64,000 nt of DNA from a virus. Lineage: Duplodnaviria; Caudoviricetes. The stretch is from positions 26,522 through 90,521 of IMG/VR virus record IMGVR_UViG_2724679557_000005; one strand, written 5' to 3'. The notes beneath the pieces are model-generated. The model searched no databases. It was not told the DNA's origin and saw nothing but the letters and a program-made list of their open reading frames with translations. The position numbers and the translations under genes were made by a program. Positions 20,490 to 29,163 of this stretch are shown here, one piece after another (position 1 is the first letter of the stretch; each line of letters begins with the position of its first letter).

Positions 20490-22023
20490 CTTTTACAACA
20501 TCATCTTTTATAATTTCTAGCTTTAGCTTCTCAATCTCACTATCAATATCTATTTTTTTAATATTATTATGGTTAACATTAGAAGTAGCTGAATATATAT
20601 TGCTTGTATATAGAGAGTTTGTATAATATCTATCCTGTATACTTAATATTGGTTGTTTATTACTTGTTATAATTAACACTTGGTTATCATCAAGACATCT
20701 TAACTCACTATTTTCAAATAGCTTGATTTTAGTTTTAGAATAACTGTGTGTAATATTTTGCTTATTAACATTTGTATTGCATATAGTTATTTCTTTATTT
20801 CCACAAAGATCACTTAAATAATTTGTAGTATCTGAATCAGATAATCCAGGAAGGATTATTTTAGTCTTAAGATTATTTAGAATTGCTTTCCCATTAGCTA
20901 CTCCATAGGTTTGAAATAGCTGAGTTATAGATTGTAAGCAAATATTCATGCTTATTTTACGACTTCTTATAGTTGCTACATTTACACTCATATTATTTAA
21001 CATACCTATATTACCAAATTCATCAAATAGCATAGTTATAGGAAGATTATTTTCTGTATAACTGTCAATTAGCTTGTTTAATGCTTGGCTGAAGAACGGT
21101 GCTATAAATGGTGCCAAATAAGGTGCTTTATTCTCAGGATAGCAAACATATAATATTGTAGGTTCTTCTCTAAATTTTTCTATATCAAATGTATTTTCAA
21201 CTCCAACTTGATTTATTCTGTTATCTATAAATAATTTCATATTACTTGCTAATGTTATTTTAATACTACCTTCTGTTCTATCAGCTCCAGTAACAGTTTT
21301 AAATATATTCCATTGGTTTATACAATCTATATTATTACTGCTATTAAATAAGGAATCTAATTGTTCTGTATCTAGATTAATAATTAACTTAAATGCAAAC
21401 TCTATATTATTAAATGGATATTCCAAATTCTTAGCATAAAGTAAAGCTGCTGCTAAAAGTGGTTCAGCCATCTGTATCCATTCTACTCCCCCTGTTTTCT
21501 TCCCTGTACTTAGTTCAATTGACAAAGCACCATTAAAAAGAAGAGTTGAAGCTAACTCCACAATTTCGCTATCATCTTTACAACTTGTTAATAGATTATA
21601 TTTTTCACTTGTTCCTGGTGATAGCGGAGAAAATTTCAGTACCTTTCTACCGCAAATCCTTTCCTGGTACTTTGAAGTCAATTTAAACAGTTCTTCTTTA
21701 GGATCTGTTACTATTATACTGCCTTTTATATTATTACTAAGTAAATTAGGAAAGAAAAAAGAACTTGTTTTACCACTTCCAGTAGGTGCTATAGTAACAC
21801 TACCTTCAAAGTCAAACTGTTCTTTTAACTGTATATCTTTACTCAATATTAATCCTGTGTTTCCTAAAATATTTTCTAGTTTATCTTTTGATTCAATATA
21901 TGCTGTTGCAAGTCTTCCTACCCTATTAGCTTTATTTCTAATAAAATAAGACAATATTTCTCCACTAGCAGCTATACCACCAGTAGCTATTGTAAAAATC
22001 TTAAGTTGTTCAATTATATCCAT
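20464..22023 (-). CDS. VirD4/TraG-family type IV coupling protein
   Basis: Walker A APTGSGKT, VTDPKEEL, Walker B LFDEFGN, LQSITQL..YG; overlaps the relaxase start. Confidence 0.9.
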   Translation of the reverse strand: MDIIEQLKIFTIATGGIAASGEILSYFIRNKANRVGRLATAYIESKDKLENILGNTGLILSKDIQLKEQFDFEGSVTIAPTGSGKTSSFFFPNLLSNNIKGSIIVTDPKEELFKLTSKYQERICGRKVLKFSPLSPGTSEKYNLLTSCKDDSEIVELASTLLFNGALSIELSTGKKTGGVEWIQMAEPLLAAALLYAKNLEYPFNNIEFAFKLIINLDTEQLDSLFNSSNNIDCINQWNIFKTVTGADRTEGSIKITLASNMKLFIDNRINQVGVENTFDIEKFREEPTILYVCYPENKAPYLAPFIAPFFSQALNKLIDSYTENNLPITMLFDEFGNIGMLNNMSVNVATIRSRKISMNICLQSITQLFQTYGVANGKAILNNLKTKIILPGLSDSDTTNYLSDLCGNKEITICNTNVNKQNITHSYSKTKIKLFENSELRCLDDNQVLIITSNKQPILSIQDRYYTNSLYTSNIYSATSNVNHNNIKKIDIDSEIEKLKLEIIKDDVVKDVSEELFN

Positions 22024-22035
22024 AAATACCCCCTA

Positions 22036-22107
22036 TTGATTTTAGAGCAACTTTAAGTTATACTAATATTGCTGTATAGGTAGTGGCTTAAAGTTGCTGC
22101 CTTTTTT
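22036..22107 (+). promoter_or_regulatory. Inverted repeat plus antisense promoter/terminator upstream of virD4-mob (oriT or antisense RNA candidate)
   Basis: TTGATT-17-TATACT; 12-bp IR AGCAACTTTAAG (22046) / CTTAAAGTTGCT (22087); hairpin AGGTAGTGGC/GTTGCTGCCT plus T run. Confidence 0.5.
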
Positions 22108-22133
22108 ATTTGATTAAAACTTCAATATCCACA

Positions 22134-22370
22134 CTACATATTCTCCCTATATTTTTTGTATTCTTGAATTATATTTCCCTTTTTAAAATCTTTTTTATCT
22201 TCTTTTTTATAATATAAATCAACTAATTTGTTATAAGTAGATATTAAAATGCTTGCAACCTTCCAACTTGAACTTTCTTTAATATTGAATTTATTACTAC
22301 ATTCATATTCTGCTTCCATAAAACATAAATCTATATCATCACTAATTCTGTCTAACATATGATCATCCAT
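22134..22370 (-). CDS. Hypothetical protein in rep-mob operon
   Basis: ORF track; tightly spaced in operon. Confidence 0.6.
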   Translation of the reverse strand: MDDHMLDRISDDIDLCFMEAEYECSNKFNIKESSSWKVASILISTYNKLVDLYYKKEDKKDFKKGNIIQEYKKYRENM

Positions 22371-22374
22371 ATTA

Positions 22375-22602
22375 TCAATTCCTTTCTAATTCTTTTTCCA
22401 TAGCCAGTTTCAATTTTTGAGTTTTTTGAGAAGCTATTTTTAGATAATGTTCTATTTCTTTGTATTCACCTTGAATATCATGACCAACTATCATAGATTT
22501 ACAATTTACAGACATATAATAAACAATATTTCTTATAATATCTATGTTATCTTCAACATCTTGTAATTTGTTACATTCTTCTTTTTCAACATACAATCTC
22601 AT
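22375..22602 (-). CDS. Hypothetical protein in rep-mob operon
   Basis: ORF track; GGAGG RBS. Confidence 0.65.
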   Translation of the reverse strand: MRLYVEKEECNKLQDVEDNIDIIRNIVYYMSVNCKSMIVGHDIQGEYKEIEHYLKIASQKTQKLKLAMEKELERN

Positions 22603-22627
22603 GTATTATCCCTCCTGACTTATTTAA

Positions 22628-23317
22628 TTAAATCAATGCTAACATTCCTTTTAAATCAAAAGTTGATTCTTCATCTATATATTCAAGATCATTTTCCCAG
22701 CCTAATAATTTATTTTCTAAAGAATCATAATCGTATGATCTTGGCTCAAAGTTATCAAATTTAAGTTTTTTAACAACCTCTTCTTTATTTGTTTTAGTCT
22801 TTGCATAATTACCCTTTAATGCTGCTATAGTATAAGAATATAAATTCTTAGCACCTTTAGATGTAGCATAATTAAATGCATTTAGAACTTTATCTATTTT
22901 CTCATTAGCAATTTTAAATAAACTCTTTGCTTGCTTTGCTGAAAAACCAAGACTTATAATTTCTTTTACTTCTTCAGTTACTTCTGAAAAATCCATTTGA
23001 CCATCTATATGTTTATTACCGTTTGAATCATTGTGTTTATTATCTAAGAATAAATATTTTAGTAATTTATAAGTATTTTTCTTACCAGCTTTAGTAATTG
23101 AGATATAACCTTTTTTAACTAAAGATTTTAATAATTTAGAAACTTTAGCTCTTCTTTTAGTTTTTAAATCAGACATGAGTATTTCATAGCTTGGATAAGC
23201 ATATCCTATAGATACATTATAATAATCAAAGATAAGCTCTAACATATAAGACTCTTCTAAAGATAGGTTTATATCTTTCTTTACTGCATTTCTAAATTTT
23301 AAATAATCTTTAGCCAT
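22628..23317 (-). CDS. Winged-HTH putative replication initiator
   Basis: N-terminal YAYPSYE..L...LKSLVKKGYI (HTH_36-like) and C-terminal KFDNFEPRSYDYDSLENKLLGW, typical of clostridial phage/plasmid Rep proteins. Confidence 0.65.
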   Translation of the reverse strand: MAKDYLKFRNAVKKDINLSLEESYMLELIFDYYNVSIGYAYPSYEILMSDLKTKRRAKVSKLLKSLVKKGYISITKAGKKNTYKLLKYLFLDNKHNDSNGNKHIDGQMDFSEVTEEVKEIISLGFSAKQAKSLFKIANEKIDKVLNAFNYATSKGAKNLYSYTIAALKGNYAKTKTNKEEVVKKLKFDNFEPRSYDYDSLENKLLGWENDLEYIDEESTFDLKGMLALI

Positions 23318-23344
23318 TTTTTAGTTTCACCTCTTCTTTTTTCA

Positions 23345-23402
23345 TTTTGCCGTATAAATAATTTTTCTGTATAAATTTATATTAAATCTTTTTGCCGTAT
23401 AA
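23345..23402. promoter_or_regulatory. Direct-repeat operator between divergent rep and RHH genes
   Basis: TTTTGCCGTATAA at 23345 and 23390, variant TTTTCTGTATAA at 23363, next to a minus-strand TTGACT -35. Confidence 0.55.
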
Positions 23403-23478
23403 GTCAACTACTTTTATTATACTTTTAATTTATTTTATGATATAATTAAATTATAAAATAATACATGGAGTTGAGATT

Positions 23479-23637
23479 GTGGAGAAAAAAGTATCTAAAA
23501 ATGAAAATAGAGAAAAACTAACTGTTCTTATAGATAAAGATATAAAGAAAGACATGAAAAAAGAAATTGTAGATCTTGATTGTTCTATGGGTGAATTTAT
23601 AGAGAGTTTATATGAATCTTATAAAAAGAAAAAATAG
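23479..23637 (+). CDS. CopG/ParG-like ribbon-helix-helix protein (52 aa), not in ORF track
   Basis: GGAG RBS, GTG start, MEKKVSKNENREKLTVLIDKDIKKDMKKEIVDLDCSMGEFIESLYESYKKKK; TGATATAAT upstream and terminator downstream. Confidence 0.65.
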   Translation: MEKKVSKNENREKLTVLIDKDIKKDMKKEIVDLDCSMGEFIESLYESYKKKK

Positions 23638-23741
23638 ATGTATTGGGGGTTAATCCAATACATCTATTTTTTTATTTTCTATAATAAATACAACTATTTA
23701 AAATAAAAAAACTAAGAGATAAAAATATAATCTCCTAGTTT

Positions 23742-24002
23742 TTATTTGATTGCTTTTAATTTCGCTATATCTTGCCAATTCTTAGCTGTTACAGCTTCAA
23801 CTGTATTTATATCACTCTTGATGCTAGTAATATCTTCTGCTGTTCTAGCTACTTGGTTATATGTTATATCAATTTTATTTTCGATTCTTCTTTGACCATC
23901 TTTTAATTCTTTAATATCTTGTGTATTTTCATCAATCTTTAATTCCAATGATCTAATACTGTGTTTTACTTCCCTTAATAGTTCTAAAATCTCATTTTCC
24001 AT
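23742..24002 (-). CDS. Coiled-coil hypothetical protein
   Basis: ORF track; GAGGTG RBS; heptad pattern. Confidence 0.7.
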   Translation of the reverse strand: MENEILELLREVKHSIRSLELKIDENTQDIKELKDGQRRIENKIDITYNQVARTAEDITSIKSDINTVEAVTAKNWQDIAKLKAIK

Positions 24003-24079
24003 AACAACACCTCTTTGTTATTATAGCATAAAACTATTTATTATACAGATCTCTATCAAATTATTTTTATATGCAGTGT

Positions 24080-24223
24080 TAATATATATAATTAATATAA
24101 TTTAATTAATATAAAACTAAGTAATATATGAAATTCCAAAAGTGAAACTCATATGGAATTCTAAAAACGAAACTTATTTAAGGTACACTTTTGGAACTTA
24201 TTTAGGTTTCTATTTTAGAACTA
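24080..24223. repeat. Iteron-like repeats next to an AT-only tract (candidate replication origin)
   Basis: Four 24-25 bp spaced units: TTCCAAAAGTGAAAC and TTCTAAAAACGAAAC, then inverted GTACACTTTTGGAA and GTTTCTATTTTAGAA. Confidence 0.55.
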
Positions 24224-24319
24224 AAAAACAGCAAGCATTTTACTTACTGTTATTTTTATTGTTGTTATGACATTACAACTAAAGTAAATGCCAGGAACAT
24301 CAATATTCTTGGCATTTGT

Positions 24320-24988
24320 TTATTTTAAATTAAATTGTGCTTTTAAATCCATACTATCGTTAGTAAAAGTAAAATTAGCATTTGATCCATCCTTACTAAT
24401 ATATGAATACAATTTAGCAGTAGAATCCATTATTTTAGTTTCTGATGTTAATTCTCCTTCTCCTAATATCCCTTTAACTTGATCATATGTCATTCCATTT
24501 TGTATTTGATTATATAAATCCATTGTAATATTTGCATTAGGTTTTTGTAAGAAAGCTTGAGCTTTTGCTGTAACAGCTCCATTTTGAATTGTTACGTTCA
24601 TATTTCCCATACCAGAACCTTTCCATTCATACAAAGTTGTTTTTATACCTGCTAATTCATTTGATGAACTTTCTTTACCTTCTCCAAGTAATGCAACTAC
24701 TTCTTCATATGATTGTCCCATTTGTATGTTTAGAAAGTTTTCATATGTTATTTTAGTATCTTCTTTCTTGGTTTCTACTTTATTTGAAGATGCTGCTTCT
24801 GTTGAACTATTATTATTACTATTAGCTCCAGAACCTGCTGCTCCAATTAAAACAATCACTACTATAAACCATACCCACCATTTCTTATAGAAAGGTTTCT
24901 TATTTTTTGCACCACAACCTGGGCAAGCTTTTGCACTTGAAGCTATATCAGCTCCACATGTTTTACATTTAATCATTTTTGACATCAT
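24320..24988 (-). CDS. Zinc-ribbon, single-TM membrane protein with two BLIP/DUF3862-like repeats (moron)
   Basis: CKTCG..CPGCG, KKWWVWFIVVIVLIG, duplicated IT....IQxGxxYxxV..LLGEG domain. Confidence 0.75.
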   Translation of the reverse strand: MMSKMIKCKTCGADIASSAKACPGCGAKNKKPFYKKWWVWFIVVIVLIGAAGSGANSNNNSSTEAASSNKVETKKEDTKITYENFLNIQMGQSYEEVVALLGEGKESSSNELAGIKTTLYEWKGSGMGNMNVTIQNGAVTAKAQAFLQKPNANITMDLYNQIQNGMTYDQVKGILGEGELTSETKIMDSTAKLYSYISKDGSNANFTFTNDSMDLKAQFNLK

Positions 24989-25162
24989 TATTTCCCCTTT
25001 TTCTAATTTATAGTATTATTGTACATTATTTGCACTTTATTGTAAAATAATCTAATAGTTGTAATAGTTGTTTTTGAGTAAAAAAATAAAACAGTAAGTA
25101 TTTTTTATAATTCCTTACCGTTTTATTGAAAATTGCAATTAATATCAATATATATAACAATT

Positions 25163-25924
25163 TTAGTTAATTAAAGTTGAAGCTTTAGATGCAGTTTTTA
25201 TTGTTGCATATTCTGAAAAGCTTTCACTTGATTTTAAATATTCATTTCCTTTTATTGAAATTGCTTTTACTATTCCAATAGTATCAATTTTTTCTTTGAC
25301 ATTAAATAGTACTAAAATTTTTGTTCCTTTTATCTTGCCATTTTGATATTCTTTCATGCCATTTTTAATTACTATTTTACTATTTCCACTTTCTAATTCA
25401 AATTTTCCACCTATATCATTCACAATATTGCTAACCATATACAATCCAAATCCAGAATTTTGCCAAACATCATCTCTAAGAGGATCCTTTTTCCAACTTT
25501 TTGTTATACCTGGTCTTACTGCAAATGCTAATGCAGTTTTATTGTCCTTTACAGAATACATAGGATTACTATTCAAACTTTTTTTAATACCTATTCCATT
25601 ATCAATGACTTCAAAACCAAAATCACCAAATTCATTAGAATACAAGGATAAGTTAAAATTTTCAGCTTCACTATGTTCAACTACATTTCTCATTATTTCT
25701 CTCATTAGATATGCACAAAAATTTCTATATTTAATATTAAAATTATAATTTTCTAATAGTACTTTAGCCATTTTTTCTATAGTTTCGCCTACATACTCCA
25801 TATTTTTATATGAGTCTTTTTTTAGATTTTCAACATGGAATTTAAAGTGGTTATCTAAATTTAAAACAATTTTACCTTTAATACCTTTAATACTTTTATT
25901 AATTGATTTATCTGAAATTACCAT
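25163..25924 (-). CDS. Histidine-kinase-like ATPase (HATPase_c) protein
   Basis: EIMRNVVEHS, VIDNGIGI, NSGFGLY, KGTKI boxes; no HisKA or TM region. Confidence 0.8.
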   Translation of the reverse strand: MVISDKSINKSIKGIKGKIVLNLDNHFKFHVENLKKDSYKNMEYVGETIEKMAKVLLENYNFNIKYRNFCAYLMREIMRNVVEHSEAENFNLSLYSNEFGDFGFEVIDNGIGIKKSLNSNPMYSVKDNKTALAFAVRPGITKSWKKDPLRDDVWQNSGFGLYMVSNIVNDIGGKFELESGNSKIVIKNGMKEYQNGKIKGTKILVLFNVKEKIDTIGIVKAISIKGNEYLKSSESFSEYATIKTASKASTLIN

Positions 25925-25964
25925 ATATCCAACCTCCTAATATATATTATATATCAGACTATTA

Positions 25965-26939
25965 TTATAATATTCTGCTAATATCTATTTTATCCATCTT
26001 TTTATATTCTTTAGCTTCTTTAGTTCCCTTTATAGATAATTCTTTCATTATATCAGAAATTTTGCCCATTTTCTCTGAATTTAATCTTATTCTAATTGCT
26101 GTACCTTTAAATGATGTTTCATATTTTATAGTTTCCTTATCATTTATTAATAAACAATTATTCCCAGTACATATAGCAATATCCCCACCTGTTTCACAAA
26201 AATTGCTAATCATATATAATCCAAAACCACCATTATCGTACTGATCTTTTATAGTTTTTCCAATTCCACTCTTGCTAATTCCAGGTTGCATTGCTAATTT
26301 AATTGCATCTTCATCACTATTTATAGTTAGTTTTTTATTTCTTTTAAAACTTTCTTTCATTCCAATTCCTTCATCTAAAACAGCAACTTCTACAATGCCT
26401 TTGCTTGGCCAAAATTGTCCTGCATACCAAAAGCTTTCTGATTCACTATGTTCTAATACATTTCTAATTAATTCACTAGTACTATATTTTAAATATTTTT
26501 TTAAATTTGAATCATTTCTAGCTAATATGTTAGCTATGTCTTCTGAAGTTTTATCTATATATGTATATATGTCTTTATTATCTTTTCTAATGTCATTAAA
26601 ATTCAATTCTGTAAGAGGTATATATGTACTACTTCCCTGTGCTTCACCTGGGTTTTTTCCATAATCCTGATATACACTTTTAAAAAATCCCATATGAGCT
26701 ATATATCCAGTAACATTTTTTTGATTTTTAAAATTTTTATCTTTATGTTCACATTCTGGCGGTGTGTCATCTACAAATCTTCTTATTTTAGAAGACATCA
26801 ATAATAATCCAAAAGGTTCTGCTCTATTTATCTCCTCATAATCATAGATATAACTATCATCATTATGTATAGTATCCATAAAATTGCAAAAATTCAATGT
26901 ACTTTGTAAATCTAGTGTCTTAGGTATTTTAATTTTCAT
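25965..26939 (-). CDS. STAS-like plus HATPase_c protein
   Basis: N-terminal RAEPFGLL...YIAHMGFF; ELIRNVLEHS, VLDEGIGM, NGGFGLY, KGTAI boxes; paralogous to the neighbouring gene. Confidence 0.8.
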   Translation of the reverse strand: MKIKIPKTLDLQSTLNFCNFMDTIHNDDSYIYDYEEINRAEPFGLLLMSSKIRRFVDDTPPECEHKDKNFKNQKNVTGYIAHMGFFKSVYQDYGKNPGEAQGSSTYIPLTELNFNDIRKDNKDIYTYIDKTSEDIANILARNDSNLKKYLKYSTSELIRNVLEHSESESFWYAGQFWPSKGIVEVAVLDEGIGMKESFKRNKKLTINSDEDAIKLAMQPGISKSGIGKTIKDQYDNGGFGLYMISNFCETGGDIAICTGNNCLLINDKETIKYETSFKGTAIRIRLNSEKMGKISDIMKELSIKGTKEAKEYKKMDKIDISRIL

Positions 26940-26961
26940 CTAGTTTCCTCCATTACTAATG

Positions 26962-27066
26962 TTGTATGCGTTTATAAAATTATGCTATAATAGAGGTATA
27001 TTTAACAAATCCTATTACAGCCAAGAACTCATGATGTATTTAGAGTACTTTCATGGGTTTTTGTTT
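26962..27066 (+). ncRNA. Putative antisense sRNA unit in the leader of the HATPase pair
   Basis: TTGTAT-18-TATAAT then hairpin CAAGAACTCATGA/TCATGGGTTTTTG; shares TATAATAGAGGTATATT with 18772-18788. Confidence 0.5.
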
Positions 27067-27114
27067 ATATTTACATAATACTATATTTTGTCCATTTTTT
27101 CCATAAATAAAAAA

Positions 27115-27155
27115 TAGCTGGTAACTAAGAAAAAACTCTCTTAGTTACCAGCTAT
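27115..27155 (-). terminator. Terminator of the late/lysis operon
   Basis: TAGCTGGTAACTAAGA / TCTTAGTTACCAGCTA with minus-strand T tail. Confidence 0.75.
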
Positions 27156-27218
27156 CTTGTTTTCTAACTTTATGTGTAATTCAGTCAGATATTATTATAC
27201 TATATTTTTATCTAAGTG

Positions 27219-29147
27219 TTATACATTTCCTAAATAATCTCCATCAATAAATAAATTAGATTCACTAATTCTTCTTCTATCTAATCCATCTGAATATTCT
27301 TTATTTGCTTTATTCCACATTCTAAAGTATTCTTTTATTTTTGATGAATCTCTTCCACGACTACAAATATAATTATATAATGTAGATCTAAACAATGATT
27401 GTATTCCACAGTTATACGCAAAACTTATTAATGCATCAAATTGGTTACTATTTAAAGATACACCTTTATTATCTAAGTCATTCTTTAATTTATTTGCACA
27501 ATTATTAGCTTCTTGTTTCAACCATTTTAATGCCTGTTCTTTTGTACAAGTAGATTCTAAACCATCTGGAAATGCTTCTGGAATCGAACAATAACAAGTA
27601 CCATGTCCTATTGTCCAATAATCTTTAATACTTTCACCATAATAAGGATCAGCATAAGCTTTTTCATAAAATCCTTCCCAAATTCCAATAAATCTAGCAC
27701 ATTTTTCGCTTACTAAGTTTTCTTCTATTAAGTGACCATTTTTATCAAAAGAATATTGCTTTGCATTAATTGTTGCAGCACAATCCATATAACATTTACC
27801 CATATGACCATTACTTTGTTCTTCTAGGTAATACCATGTTCCATTATCATTTAACCAACCAGTTTTCATTGCTCCACTTGGATCTAAATAAAACCATTCT
27901 TCATTAATTTTAATCCAACCTGTCTGCATTATACAATTTTCATTAAAGTAATAATATTTACCGTGTATAAATACCCACCCAGTATATGCATATCCATTAT
28001 CTATATCTAAATAGAACCATTCTCCCTTCTCATTTTGATACCATTCAGTTATCATTTTCCCATCTTGTGCAAACCTATACCATTTGTTATTCCAGTATAA
28101 CCAATCATTTTTTAACATTTTACAAGAACCTGATTGTAGAAAGTACCAATGTCCATTATCTTTAATCCAATCTCCATTAATAGTAAATGAATTTTTAAAA
28201 TAGTACCATTCATCTTTAATTTCTTTCCATCCGTTTTCTATTAAATGTTCACCATCTTCGGAATAGAGCCACTTATCAATTATTTTATCTTTATTCCAAC
28301 CTATTTTATATTTAGTTATAATAACTTTTTTAGGTATATCAGTAAATCCCCATACTTCATCAATCATTTTTGTGTCTTCTATATTTACATAGCAATAACC
28401 ATTCAAACACCAATATTTTCCCCAACTATTTTGTATTTTTAAATATAATTTATTATCTTTATATTTATAACCTACAATAACCATCGCATGACGACCACAT
28501 TTTTTACCTTCACTTGGATATTCTACAATTCCATCTGTACCTGGATGATTTACTTTATAAAAACTATCATATAATACCGTTGTTATAACTAAAGGTTTCT
28601 TTTCATTGTATAAATATATCGGAACATCTTCTAAATCAACTCTCACATATGATTGACATTTTAAACTTTTTGCTTTTTCTATTAATTCATTTTTGTTATT
28701 TAAAGAATCAAATAACTCACTTATCTTTGGATAATCCTCTAAATTAGGAAAATCTATTTTAGGAATTATTCCACTCTCACAAGCTAATTTCATAATTTCT
28801 CTTGTTACTGCACCTTTTCCTAATTGGCAACCATATTCATCTCTCATAGCATTTAAAAATCCTTCTGATAAATATTCATTTGTATTTTTTATTATTTCTA
28901 TAAGAGCTGTTACTGATTGAAATGCACAAGTAGAAGTATTAGCTTGATTTCTAGGTTCAAATTGATAATTTATTTCAAATTCATTCGGTAAATCCTTATC
29001 ATTATTGCTGCAAAAATCCTTGTAATTATAATCTCTCAAATCTATAGGACTTTCTATAACCCCATCTAAAGGTATTTCTTCATAATTTAATCTATTCACA
29101 AAATCTCTCCTTTTATAATCTCCATTTAAATCATAAAAAGGTAGCAT
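27219..29147 (-). CDS. Modular endolysin: papain-like C1 peptidase, cell-wall/choline-binding repeats, GH24 lysozyme
   Basis: NQANTSTC, HAMVIVGY, QNSWG; WYY/GW repeats; EGF..AYADP..WTIGHG, QFDALISFAYNCG, GLDRRR. Confidence 0.85.
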   Translation of the reverse strand: MLPFYDLNGDYKRRDFVNRLNYEEIPLDGVIESPIDLRDYNYKDFCSNNDKDLPNEFEINYQFEPRNQANTSTCAFQSVTALIEIIKNTNEYLSEGFLNAMRDEYGCQLGKGAVTREIMKLACESGIIPKIDFPNLEDYPKISELFDSLNNKNELIEKAKSLKCQSYVRVDLEDVPIYLYNEKKPLVITTVLYDSFYKVNHPGTDGIVEYPSEGKKCGRHAMVIVGYKYKDNKLYLKIQNSWGKYWCLNGYCYVNIEDTKMIDEVWGFTDIPKKVIITKYKIGWNKDKIIDKWLYSEDGEHLIENGWKEIKDEWYYFKNSFTINGDWIKDNGHWYFLQSGSCKMLKNDWLYWNNKWYRFAQDGKMITEWYQNEKGEWFYLDIDNGYAYTGWVFIHGKYYYFNENCIMQTGWIKINEEWFYLDPSGAMKTGWLNDNGTWYYLEEQSNGHMGKCYMDCAATINAKQYSFDKNGHLIEENLVSEKCARFIGIWEGFYEKAYADPYYGESIKDYWTIGHGTCYCSIPEAFPDGLESTCTKEQALKWLKQEANNCANKLKNDLDNKGVSLNSNQFDALISFAYNCGIQSLFRSTLYNYICSRGRDSSKIKEYFRMWNKANKEYSDGLDRRRISESNLFIDGDYLGNV

Positions 29148-29163
29148 TTATTGCTACCTAAAA

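Noticed and set aside
24126-24223. Mini CRISPR array
   Set aside because: Units are contiguous, degenerate and switch orientation, with no unique spacers and no cas genes.
16501-27100. Accessory arm as a separate island outside the prophage
   Set aside because: The attP half matching the integrase-side arm is at 16510-16528, so the arm is within the excisable unit.
27780-28300. Aromatic repeats as a large clostridial toxin CROP fragment
   Set aside because: They lie between two catalytic domains of a gene directly after the holin, so they are lysin cell-wall-binding repeats.
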